From Verrucomicrobiia bacterium (lineage in GTDB: Bacteria; Verrucomicrobiota; Verrucomicrobiia; Limisphaerales; UBA1319), in contig OY760937.1 of NCBI GenBank assembly GCA_963664225.1, forward strand, positions 832,001 to 896,000: a stretch of DNA of 64,000 nt. Direction: 5' to 3'. A program made the translations under genes and the position numbers. Under the pieces are notes generated by a model that did no database searches, was not told the DNA's origin, and worked only from the letters and a program-made list of their open reading frames with translations. Numbering within the stretch: position 1 is the stretch's first letter; each line of letters opens with the position of its first letter. Below are positions 39,354-48,694 of this stretch, piece after piece.

Positions 39354-40337
39354 GTGAATTTACTTTTAACAGGCGCCACAGGATTTATTGGAGCCGCGTG
39401 CGCGCGTCTGGCGTTGGAGCGTGGCGATCATGTGGGAGCCATCGTTCTTCCGGGGGAGGAGCGGAAATTGCCGCGGCACGAAAACCTCGTCCCCATGACA
39501 GGCAGTCTGGCCGATCCTCCTTACGCGGCGATTGCCGGTTTTGCGCCCGAGGTTTGCCTGCACACCGCCTGGGTGACGGCTCCGGGCGTGTATCTCGAAT
39601 CTCCGGATAATGATTTGTTTTTGGAATGGAGCCGGGAATTCATCAAAGGGATCACAGACCGGGGTGTGGGGCATGTCATGGTGTTGGGGACATGCATCGA
39701 GTATCAGGTCAATAACGCGCCGCTTTCGGAAGATAAGACTCCTGTGGTGCCGACCACGCGATACGCAAGGTGCAAGAATGCGTTGCGCGAGTATCTGGCG
39801 AACGGCGGCGGGACGGGACGCGGAAGCTGGTGCTGGGGGCGTGTGTTTTATCCCTACGGGGTGGGGGAGCATCCTTCTCGGTTATGCAGCGCGATCATCA
39901 ACAAGCTGCGAGCCGGGGAGCCGATCTGTCTGAAGACGCCGTCGAGCGTGAAGGATTACATTCACATAGGCGATCTGGCGGCGGCGATTTTGCTGTGCCT
40001 TGGGCGGCGACAACAGGGGGCGATTAATCTGGGCACAGGTGTTGGGGTATCCGTGGGGGAGATGGCTGGAGCGATCGGACATTTGATGGATCGGTCTGGC
40101 TTAATAACACATGCGGAACCGCCGGCGATGGATCCGCAGGGGCATGTGGTGGCGGATGCGACACGATTGCGCGCGTTGGGATGGGCGCCGCGCGTGACCA
40201 TGGAAACGGGATTGAGAGGACTTATCAAGCATTTGACCTGCGACGCGCCCGAGGGAACGATTGGGATTGGGGGGGCAGGCGTCCCAGGCGAAATCCGAGG
40301 AGAAAACTCCGCCAACGCTCAAGGGAAAAAGGGCTAG
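39354..40337 (+). CDS. NAD-dependent epimerase/reductase (extended SDR)
   Basis: TGATGFIG, YxxxK (YARCK), DYIH. Confidence 0.88.
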   Translation: MNLLLTGATGFIGAACARLALERGDHVGAIVLPGEERKLPRHENLVPMTGSLADPPYAAIAGFAPEVCLHTAWVTAPGVYLESPDNDLFLEWSREFIKGITDRGVGHVMVLGTCIEYQVNNAPLSEDKTPVVPTTRYARCKNALREYLANGGGTGRGSWCWGRVFYPYGVGEHPSRLCSAIINKLRAGEPICLKTPSSVKDYIHIGDLAAAILLCLGRRQQGAINLGTGVGVSVGEMAGAIGHLMDRSGLITHAEPPAMDPQGHVVADATRLRALGWAPRVTMETGLRGLIKHLTCDAPEGTIGIGGAGVPGEIRGENSANAQGKKG

Positions 40338-40354
40338 TCCAACGTCACCTTAAC

Positions 40355-41338
40355 ATGGCTTTTGTCACATCGGTCATACCGGTATTTAACGGCGCGAGGT
40401 TTTTGCCGGAGGCGCTTGAAATGTTTGCCGGGCAGTCCCGGCGGCCGGACCGGTTGGTGGTGTTGGATAATTGCTCCACAGACGCAACACCTGAAATTGC
40501 ACGGGGATTCAAAGGGATGCCCTGCGAATGGCGACGCAACGAAACCAATATCGGGCTGCTGGGCAATTTGAATCGCGCGCTGGCTTTCTCGAGCGAAACG
40601 GAATATCTGCACATTCTGCCGGTCGATGATCGGATCAAACCCACCTTTTTCGAGCGTATGCTTCCGCTTCTCAAAGATGCAGAGGGATTGGCGCTGGCTT
40701 ACAGCCTGGTTGAAATTATTGACGGGGAAGGGAATCTGACCGGGCCAGCATCGGGCCAGGGTGTGGGAGCGCGGGAGGTGCCCAAGAAGCAGTATTTGGG
40801 AGCTTTGGCGGAGTTGAAGACGATTTTGATGCCTGGCATCCTAATGAAGACGTGTTATCAGCCTTCGCCGGTTCAATTTCCGCTGGATATGCCGCAGGTC
40901 GGGGATTGTCTGTTTTACGCTTGTCTGGGGGCGCATTGCTCGAAGCTCATGGAGATGTCCGACCCGTTGTGCCAGCACCGCCGGCATGCGGCGAGCACGA
41001 CGGATCGGAATATATTCAATCTCGACGCGTGGGTGCGTGACGAGTGGCGAAATATGACAATGGTGATGGGGTTGATCGAGGAAGGGGCGTTCGGCCACTG
41101 GCTGAGATGGCAGAAATTGAAGTGCTTGTTTGCGGCACGGAGTCGAATTAAGATCGACATGGTTGCGGAAAGCCGGGCGAACTATGCGGTGGAAATACGC
41201 AAGGCCACATTGGAAAAAATTTCGCCGGTTCATTGGTGGCTTGGCAATGCCGCAGTATGGATGCGGGATGCATTATATGGGAAGTCCCGGCCTCGCATTG
41301 CGGATGGGAAACAGGGGCAGGGTGTTCCGAGAACTTAA
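40355..41338 (+). CDS. GT2 glycosyltransferase
   Basis: IPVFNG, DNCSTD, N.G, DD motif. Confidence 0.88.
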   Translation: MAFVTSVIPVFNGARFLPEALEMFAGQSRRPDRLVVLDNCSTDATPEIARGFKGMPCEWRRNETNIGLLGNLNRALAFSSETEYLHILPVDDRIKPTFFERMLPLLKDAEGLALAYSLVEIIDGEGNLTGPASGQGVGAREVPKKQYLGALAELKTILMPGILMKTCYQPSPVQFPLDMPQVGDCLFYACLGAHCSKLMEMSDPLCQHRRHAASTTDRNIFNLDAWVRDEWRNMTMVMGLIEEGAFGHWLRWQKLKCLFAARSRIKIDMVAESRANYAVEIRKATLEKISPVHWWLGNAAVWMRDALYGKSRPRIADGKQGQGVPRT

Positions 41339-41343
41339 ACTGA

Positions 41344-43956
41344 ATGAAAAGCGCAACGGATAATCAATTGAGGAGGCATCCCTTGTTGGGACTGCCGGGC
41401 GCGTTGGCCATTTTGGTCGTTCCATTGATCTGGCTTTTCCACACGAGTTTCGCATCGGATCAGGTGCTGTTCTCCAACGACGGTCCGCTGGGTGTGCTGG
41501 TGGCGGCGGCGCAGGATGGGTTTTCATCGTTCAAGGGAGTCTGGCTGGGCTTGAACTGGCTGGGCATTCAACAGCCGAGCGCCTTGCCTGATTTCACGCA
41601 GGCCATTTACGGGCTCCTGGGGCCGGGGATTTTTGGTGACGCGGGTCCGATTAATTTTGCCAAATTTTACGCCCCTCTCTCTTTGTTGATTCTCGGAGGA
41701 TGCGCCTGGTTTTATTTTCGAACACTTGGTTTTGCGTCCGCAGTCTGTGTGTTAGGAGGACTGGCGGCGGCATTGAATTCCAATTTCTTCTCGAACGCCT
41801 GCTGGGGCCTTCCCACACGCGCATTGACGCTCGCGAATGTCTTTCTGGCGCTGGCAGCCATCGACGGGATGAAATCGGGGCGTCCATATTTAAAAGCAGC
41901 GCTGGCGGGTGTGGCCATTGGACTTTCCCTGATGGAGGGCTATGACGTGGCCGCGATATTCAGTGTGTATGTGGCCGCATATTGCCTGTTGGTTGCCTTA
42001 AACGAGTCCGGAACGGCGGGCAGGCGGTGGGCGTCTGGAGTGGCGCGCATTGCGGTGATGGCCGTGTTTGCCGCGATTGTAGCGGCTCAGGCACTCAGCA
42101 CGCTGGTGGGCACGCAGGTCAAAGGCATCGTTCAAACCAATCAATCCGCCAAATCGAGCGAGGCCAACTGGAGTTGGGCCACTCAGTGGAGTCTGCCGAA
42201 GTTGGAGGCGCTCCGGGTGGTGATTCCGGGATTGTATGGGTATCGCATGGAAACACCTGACGGGGGCAAGTATTGGGGAACCGTGGGGCGGCAACCGGGG
42301 TGGGAAGAGCATCATCAGGGATTTTCGCGGTATTCCGGGGCGGGTGAATATGCGGGCGTTTTTGTGGTTCTGATTGCGATGTGGGCGGTGGCGCAGGCGG
42401 CCCGGCGCCGAGGCGGTCCATTTGACCGGGCCGGAAGGCGAGTCATTCTGTTTTGGGCGGTTGCGGGCGTTGTTTCAATGCTGATCGCTTTCGGCCGGCA
42501 TGCCCCGTTCTACAGTGTGCTCTATGCTCTGCCATTTTCCTCGTTGATTCGCGGGCCATTGAAATTCATGCATATTTTTCATCTGGGTTTGATGATTTTA
42601 TTTGCCCACGGACTTAACGATTTATTCCGGCGGTACTTTGCCGGGGGATCGGCGACGAGCTTACTTGTCACCGACCATGTGAAGAAGTGGTGGTCGGGGG
42701 TGGACGGGTTCGACCGGAAGTGGGTTTATGGGTGTTTCGGGGCCATTTTGTTGAGTCTGGCTGGATTGTTGGTGTATGCCTCATCGGGGCCTGGAGTGGA
42801 GCGCTATTTGATATCAGGAGGATTCTCGCCTGAGGATGCAAAGCTCATTATTCGCCACAGCATCAGCGAGGTTGTATTATTTTGCGCTCTTCTCATCATG
42901 GCAGTTGTTGCGGTTGTGGTCATTCTAAGTGGCTATTTGAAGGGAACCCGCGCACGTTGGGGGTTGGTAATGCTGGGAGTGTTGCTGGTCGGTGATCTGG
43001 TTCACGCGAATACACCATGGGTGATCTATTATGATTACAAGGCCAAATATGCCACAAATCCGGTGATCGATGTTCTTCGCGCAAAGCCATGGGAACAACG
43101 AGTCAGCGCGCCGCCATTTCTTTCCAGTCCGCAGGCTCCCTATTTTCCCGCCATTTGCAATGATTGGTTGCAGCAGCATTTCCAATATTACCGCATCCAA
43201 TCTCTCGATGTGAGCCAGATGGCGCGGGAGCCGGTGGATCACAAGGCGTATATGGCGTTGTTCGACGAGGCATCGAAGATGCCGAGACTCTGGGAATTAA
43301 CGAATACGCGTTATCTGCTGGGCATGGCTGGATTCGCCGAGGTGTTAAATGCGCAATTGGATCCGGGGAAGAAGAGATTTCGCGTGCATACCGCATTTGA
43401 GTTTGCCCAGGGAGCCGATGGCGCGATCAGCACCGTGATCAAGCCTGATGGCAACTTCGCCATTCTTGAGTTTATGGGAGCGCTTCCGCGGGTAAAACTG
43501 TACCGGCATTGGCAGGTCACGACGAATGATGAGGCCACGCTTTCCGCGCTCGTGAAACCGGAGTTCGATCCTGCGGGCGTGGTGCTGGTGGCCGACGAAG
43601 TTGCCGAAAAGAGCCCCGCCGCGCAGGAGGGCGATGCAGGGACCATTGAAATCAAGGATTATAAATCCAAACGGGTGGAGGTGTCGGCAAATGCGGTTGC
43701 GTCCTCGGTGTTGCTGCTCAACGACCGTTATGATGCGAATTGGAAAGTGTCGGTGGACGGCCAGCCGGAGAAGGTTTTGAGATGCAATTATCTCATGCGG
43801 GGTGTTTTTCTGAAGCCCGGACAGCACACCGTTGTGTTTCAGTTCGACCCTTCTTTGAATGCCTTGTATGTGAGCATTGCGGGCCTGTGCGCAGGTTTGC
43901 TCATGTGCGGCATTCTTTTGATTTCCCCGCGACGATCAGCACCCGGCAATCAATAA
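41344..43956 (+). CDS. YfhO-like polytopic membrane protein (putative GT-C)
   Basis: Many TM helices; C-terminal W.V.VDG....R.NY..RGV.L.PG.H.V.F signature. Confidence 0.75.
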   Translation: MKSATDNQLRRHPLLGLPGALAILVVPLIWLFHTSFASDQVLFSNDGPLGVLVAAAQDGFSSFKGVWLGLNWLGIQQPSALPDFTQAIYGLLGPGIFGDAGPINFAKFYAPLSLLILGGCAWFYFRTLGFASAVCVLGGLAAALNSNFFSNACWGLPTRALTLANVFLALAAIDGMKSGRPYLKAALAGVAIGLSLMEGYDVAAIFSVYVAAYCLLVALNESGTAGRRWASGVARIAVMAVFAAIVAAQALSTLVGTQVKGIVQTNQSAKSSEANWSWATQWSLPKLEALRVVIPGLYGYRMETPDGGKYWGTVGRQPGWEEHHQGFSRYSGAGEYAGVFVVLIAMWAVAQAARRRGGPFDRAGRRVILFWAVAGVVSMLIAFGRHAPFYSVLYALPFSSLIRGPLKFMHIFHLGLMILFAHGLNDLFRRYFAGGSATSLLVTDHVKKWWSGVDGFDRKWVYGCFGAILLSLAGLLVYASSGPGVERYLISGGFSPEDAKLIIRHSISEVVLFCALLIMAVVAVVVILSGYLKGTRARWGLVMLGVLLVGDLVHANTPWVIYYDYKAKYATNPVIDVLRAKPWEQRVSAPPFLSSPQAPYFPAICNDWLQQHFQYYRIQSLDVSQMAREPVDHKAYMALFDEASKMPRLWELTNTRYLLGMAGFAEVLNAQLDPGKKRFRVHTAFEFAQGADGAISTVIKPDGNFAILEFMGALPRVKLYRHWQVTTNDEATLSALVKPEFDPAGVVLVADEVAEKSPAAQEGDAGTIEIKDYKSKRVEVSANAVASSVLLLNDRYDANWKVSVDGQPEKVLRCNYLMRGVFLKPGQHTVVFQFDPSLNALYVSIAGLCAGLLMCGILLISPRRSAPGNQ

Positions 43957-43966
43957 ACAGCAAGTC

Positions 43967-44725
43967 ATGGGACATCAGGAGACATACCGGCAAAACGAGG
44001 ATTACGCGAAGTTTCTCTCTGGGTGGGAGGAGGGATTTTACGCGAAGTACGCCGATTATTTACAGCCATCCAACCCGGGGGCCAGTGTGCTGGATGTGGG
44101 GTGCGGGGTGGGGCAGGTTGTGGCCCGATTGGAGAGGAAGGGATTCGAGGCCTACGGTGTGGATGTCTCCGAACCCAATGTTAAAAGGGCGAGGGAGGCA
44201 TGCCCGCGCTGTCAGCTTTACGATGGGAAGAAGTTGCCTTTTCCTGATGGCCATTTCGCAAGCGCGGGGGCGTTTAATGTCCTGGAACATGTGGAGCAAC
44301 CGGAGGCGTTCATTTCGGAATTGGTGCGCGTGGTGGTTCCGGGAGGGAAGGTGTTGATATCGAGCCCGAATTTTTTCCGGGTTGTTGGTTTTCGGGACTA
44401 TCATCCACGTATGCGCGGATTGGCCAATAAATGGCGCAACGGTTTACGCTTGCGTGAAAAATGGAGGCAGATGACTGCTGCGGCTGACGAGGTGCGTTTT
44501 GACCATATGCCGCCCATTGTGCGAACGCCGTTTAATCCGGATGATGATGCGATCATTGCCACAAATGGCCTGGAAATCAGGTTTTTTTTGGAGCGCGCGG
44601 GATGTCGGGTGGAACATGTTTTTTGCACGGACCGGTATGTTTCGAAGCCACTGGATTTGTTGCTGAACGCGACCGCATTGCGTCATGTCATGTTCAACGC
44701 GTTTGTGGTTGCCCGGAAGAAATGA
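43967..44725 (+). CDS. Class I SAM-dependent methyltransferase
   Basis: VLDVGCGVG, LPFPDG.F, VLEHV, PGG. Confidence 0.9.
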   Translation: MGHQETYRQNEDYAKFLSGWEEGFYAKYADYLQPSNPGASVLDVGCGVGQVVARLERKGFEAYGVDVSEPNVKRAREACPRCQLYDGKKLPFPDGHFASAGAFNVLEHVEQPEAFISELVRVVVPGGKVLISSPNFFRVVGFRDYHPRMRGLANKWRNGLRLREKWRQMTAAADEVRFDHMPPIVRTPFNPDDDAIIATNGLEIRFFLERAGCRVEHVFCTDRYVSKPLDLLLNATALRHVMFNAFVVARKK

Positions 44726-44747
44726 GATTTCCGCGGATTTCTGAGCC

Positions 44748-45320
44748 ATGAAGCGCCGCTGGAATATTGTGCTGGCCGGAATGCTGGTTCTGGATATCGG
44801 GATTGGCTGTTGGTGGTGGCATCGATGGAAGGAGCATCGATATGACAAGGTGATTTATGCGGCCGCCGTTCAATATGGCATCGCACCTGAGCTGGTCAAG
44901 GCGGTGGTTTGGAAGGAGAGTCGGTTTAACGCCCAGGCGCGGGGGCGCGCGGGGGAATATGGACTGATGCAGATCCGTGACGCCGCAGCCAACGAATGGG
45001 CTGCTGCTGAACACCTGAGCGTTTTTCACCCAGTGCTATTGCTGGATCCCGGGACCAACACAAGAGCGGGCGCGTGGTATTTGCGCAAACTTCTGCGGCG
45101 ATATACCAATTCCGATAATGCGGTGGTTTATGCGCTGGCGGATTATAATGCGGGTCGCGGCAATGTCCTGCGCTGGTATAAAGGCCAGGCCGTTACGAAC
45201 AGCAGCGCGTTTTTGGAATTGATGGATTTTTCCACCACCGCTCAATACATTAACGAGATTCTCAGAAAACAAGTGGAGTATCAGGGCAGCTTTCCTGCCA
45301 CGCGGTCCAGCAAACCATAG
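44748..45320 (+). CDS. Lytic transglycosylase (SLT domain)
   Basis: ES catalytic motif (KESRF), GLMQ, YNAG. Confidence 0.9.
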   Translation: MKRRWNIVLAGMLVLDIGIGCWWWHRWKEHRYDKVIYAAAVQYGIAPELVKAVVWKESRFNAQARGRAGEYGLMQIRDAAANEWAAAEHLSVFHPVLLLDPGTNTRAGAWYLRKLLRRYTNSDNAVVYALADYNAGRGNVLRWYKGQAVTNSSAFLELMDFSTTAQYINEILRKQVEYQGSFPATRSSKP

Positions 45321-45510
45321 GTTTTAAGGCAGATCAAGGTGTGCAAGTTAACTGGCGCAGAGGGTGGCAAAAGCGCGGCAGTGACGCTGATTCAGCCGGA
45401 TTACGAGTGTGTAATGGGCCGTCTCTAAAAAGGGAAGGCGCCGAAAAATCGAATCGTGAAATCTGTGGTTGCATTGCTCAGTGGAATCGAATAGATAAAT
45501 TACGTTCGTT

Positions 45511-45584
45511 GCGGGTGTGGTCCAATGGTAGAATGCGGGCTTCCCAAGCCTGAGACGAGGGTTCGATTCCCTTCACCCGCTCCA
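45511..45584 (+). tRNA. tRNA-Gly (CCC)
   Basis: GCGGGTG...loop TTCCCAA...GGTTCGATTCC...CACCCGCTCCA, 74 nt. Confidence 0.95.
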
Positions 45585-45725
45585 ATTTTTAAAGAGATTG
45601 GATCCCTCAGCCACAACAAGTTACAACGATTTTCCATTTATACACATACGTCCCATCGCTCCGTGTGACAAAAATGTGACAGAAGGAATCTCCCAAAGCT
45701 CAAAAAAGTCTTTTCTGGAGGTCGC

Positions 45726-46997
45726 ATGAAAAAAAATGCGATCACTGAACCAGAGGAGTTTCCGGTGTATGTCACCGGCGATCCCACAAACATCACCATT
45801 TACAAAGAAACCCACGACGGGGAATGCCGTTACATGGTTTCTTATTATGACGCCGCGTGCAGCCGTCATCGGCGGCGGTGCTCCACTTATGCGACAGCAG
45901 ATGCCTGTGCCGCAAAACTTAAAAAGGAGATCAAAGCAGGCGGCTGGGATTTGCTGACCCTCCGGGGCGCTGAAAAGCATTCGTATGAGCGTGCCTGGGA
46001 ACTTTTGCGTCCGTGCTCCACACCGCTGGATTTGGCCATCCATGAATACATGGAGGCGAGCAAAGTCCTCAACGGTTTCGGCCTGATGGAAGCCGCGAGG
46101 GCTTTTATCCAGCGCCAGGCGGATAAAGTGACGCCCAAACTTGTGGTCGAGATCGTGCCGGAACTCATTGACGATCTAAAACGGAAGGGCCGTTCAAAAT
46201 TTTATCTGCGCGATTTAAGGACGCGGCTGGGACGGTTTCGAGAGAAGTACTCCTGTCCGCTGTCCTCAATATCCACAGCGGAGATCGACAATTACATCCA
46301 CAATCTTGGGGGCAAGGAACGATACAGGAACAATGTGCTGCAAGCGATTGGCGCCCTGTTCACTTTCGGAAGGAAGCGAGGATACGCTGCTCGTGACCAC
46401 CGGGGTGTCAGCGAAGTCACGCGATACGAGATCAGAGGCAAAGAAATCGAAGTCTTAACTCCGGCGGAATTGGAAAAAATGCTCCTGAAGGCCAATCCGC
46501 AGGTGCAACTTGCGTTGGCGCTGACCTGTTTTGCAGGAGTCCGTGGTTCTGAATTGGGACGACTGGATTGGAAGGACGTCAATTTCGAGGCTGGTTTTAT
46601 CCGCGTCAAGGCTGCCAGCTCCAAAACCGGAATGCGCCGCGTCCCTCCGATCCCAGACAACCTGCGCGCTTGGTTGATGCTCCACCGCAAGGAGTCAGGG
46701 CCGATTGTCCCTTATAAAAATATTTACAATCAATATCCCAAAGTCGCCAGCAAGGCTGGAATCCAATGGAAACGCAATGGTCACCGGCACGGATTTGCAT
46801 CCTATAGATCGGCCTTAATCAAGAACCTTGAGCAGGTTGCGATCGAAGCCGGCCACAGCAAGCAAATGCTCCTGTCGAATTATTTCCAGGTGGTCTCCGA
46901 GCAGGATGCCAAGGCTTGGTTTTCGATATTTCCACCAGGACATCCAAAGCCCATGCCGCCACAACTGGCCACGCTGGAGCCGTCACCGACACATTAA
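45726..46997 (+). CDS. Tyrosine recombinase/integrase
   Basis: G.R..EL..L.W.D, K, RH.FASY, AGHS, catalytic Y; directly 3' of a tRNA. Confidence 0.9.
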   Translation: MKKNAITEPEEFPVYVTGDPTNITIYKETHDGECRYMVSYYDAACSRHRRRCSTYATADACAAKLKKEIKAGGWDLLTLRGAEKHSYERAWELLRPCSTPLDLAIHEYMEASKVLNGFGLMEAARAFIQRQADKVTPKLVVEIVPELIDDLKRKGRSKFYLRDLRTRLGRFREKYSCPLSSISTAEIDNYIHNLGGKERYRNNVLQAIGALFTFGRKRGYAARDHRGVSEVTRYEIRGKEIEVLTPAELEKMLLKANPQVQLALALTCFAGVRGSELGRLDWKDVNFEAGFIRVKAASSKTGMRRVPPIPDNLRAWLMLHRKESGPIVPYKNIYNQYPKVASKAGIQWKRNGHRHGFASYRSALIKNLEQVAIEAGHSKQMLLSNYFQVVSEQDAKAWFSIFPPGHPKPMPPQLATLEPSPTH

Positions 46998-47025
46998 GCG
47001 GCTATTCGCTTAAAAGCAGGCCTAA

Positions 47026-47064
47026 AATCCCAGTCATCCGTCAAGGTGACTGGGATTCATTTTT
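47026..47064 (+). terminator. Hairpin terminator after the integrase
   Basis: aatcccagtca / tgactgggatt 11-bp stem, then cattttt. Confidence 0.65.
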
Positions 47065-47100
47065 GGGCGCGAGGTTAAAAAAAACCGGTCCTTACGAGGC

Positions 47101-47559
47101 ATGGATAATAATTGTGCCTTGGAACCAGCGGTGGTCGCACCTGTCACGGATGGAAGAGAGCGTGATTGCGCCATTACGAAGTCGGGTGAGATTCGCCTTA
47201 GAACACGACTCGAAGCGGCGGATTTCCTGAAAATCAGCCTGAATACGATCGATCGCCTTCGATACCAGCGTAAACTGGCGTTTTACCAGATCGGTGGTTC
47301 CATCAGGTTTGGCGACTGGGATTTGATGGAGTTCGTGACAGATAATCTGATAATGCCGGAACAGCTTTTCCATGACCAAAACCGCATCCTGAACAAGGCG
47401 GACCTTGCTCGGTTTTTAAACCTGTCCACGCGCAGCGTAGAGCACCTGGTGCTCGATAAACGCCTGTGGCACCGTAAAACAGGCCGGATAGTGCGATTTC
47501 ATCTCGGCGATGTGCTGAGACAGTTGGCGAACAATTTCCGTGTAGCGGCGCAATCTTGA
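47101..47559 (+). CDS. Tandem excisionase-like HTH (HTH_17) protein
   Basis: Two EAA.FL.IS..T / LARFLNLSTRSV...G..VRF repeats. Confidence 0.75.
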   Translation: MDNNCALEPAVVAPVTDGRERDCAITKSGEIRLRTRLEAADFLKISLNTIDRLRYQRKLAFYQIGGSIRFGDWDLMEFVTDNLIMPEQLFHDQNRILNKADLARFLNLSTRSVEHLVLDKRLWHRKTGRIVRFHLGDVLRQLANNFRVAAQS

Positions 47560-47770
47560 GGCTAAAACAGGCAAGAGACATCCCACATTTGTTTTTCATA
47601 AAAACGCCGGAGGCTAATGATCGATTAGCCTGCCATGTAGTGCATGCAATTTCACAGCCGATGGCGTGGGTTTAAGACTAAAACTCGAGCAGTATTCCCT
47701 CAGCGAGGACCAAGGTGAGAGAGTGAAAAAATGCCTGTTCAAGTAAACAGAAATTAAAGAGATTCGAAGG

Positions 47771-48667
47771 ATGCCAATTCCAGAATTCAACGAGATCAAA
47801 GCACCGGCTCTTCAGTTTTTTGCCGACGACAGTCAGCACAAGGTATCAGAGGTGTACCAGATTCTCGCGAAGCAATTTAACCTTACGGAAGACGAACAGA
47901 ACGAGATGCTCCCCAGTGGAACTCAGCGCCGTTGGCACAATCGCGCCAATTGGGCCTGCTATGACCTTTTCCGTGCTGGCCTGCTCGATCTCCCAAAGAG
48001 GGGATACTATGCAATCACAGAAATTGGACGAAAGCTTGCTGAGCAAAAGCCAAAGTACATTGACCGGGAATTCTTGATGCAATTTCCGCAGTTCGCCCAA
48101 TTCTCACAGACAACTGGCACAAAGAGGCCGACTCCTGAGGGCAAAAGCAAGACCCCGGAGGAGTTGATCGATTCGGCGTATCAAATGCTCCAAGACACCT
48201 TGAAAAAGGATGTTTTGGATCTTGTGAAGAAGATGGACCCTTACCGTTTTGAGCAACTTGTTCTCGATTTGCTGGTAGCCATGGGTTACGGCGGATCAAG
48301 AGAGGAGGCCGCACATGTGACCAAAGCATCGAACGACGAAGGGATTGATGGAGTCATAAATGAGGATCGACTCGGTCTGGATGTCATTTACCTTCAGGCG
48401 AAACGCTGGGCACAACCTGTGGGGCGCAAAGAAATTCAGAGCTTTGTAGGGGCGCTGGCAGGTCAGCAGGCGCACAAGGGCGTGTTCATTACCACCAGCG
48501 ATTTCGCAGATACTGCGACTGAGTATGCAAAAAAAGTGTCGCAAAAGGTCATCTTGATTGGTGGCGACAGGTTGGCGGACCTCATGATTCAACATGATAT
48601 TGGTGTTTCCAGTGCTCATGTATACGCGATCAAACATGTTGATAGTGATTATTTCGAGCAAGAATGA
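47771..48667 (+). CDS. mrr: Mrr type IV restriction endonuclease
   Basis: Mrr_N winged helix (LPSG, NR.NWA...L); DEGIDG, QAKRW, GVFITTS.F. Confidence 0.92.
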   Translation: MPIPEFNEIKAPALQFFADDSQHKVSEVYQILAKQFNLTEDEQNEMLPSGTQRRWHNRANWACYDLFRAGLLDLPKRGYYAITEIGRKLAEQKPKYIDREFLMQFPQFAQFSQTTGTKRPTPEGKSKTPEELIDSAYQMLQDTLKKDVLDLVKKMDPYRFEQLVLDLLVAMGYGGSREEAAHVTKASNDEGIDGVINEDRLGLDVIYLQAKRWAQPVGRKEIQSFVGALAGQQAHKGVFITTSDFADTATEYAKKVSQKVILIGGDRLADLMIQHDIGVSSAHVYAIKHVDSDYFEQE

Positions 48668-48694
48668 TTAGAAGTCGAATCATCCGCCGTTTCT

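Noticed and set aside
45726..46997. Integron integrase for the cassette array
   Set aside because: 28 kb away, tRNA-adjacent, with an N-terminal arm-binding-like region; I see no IntI-specific insertion.
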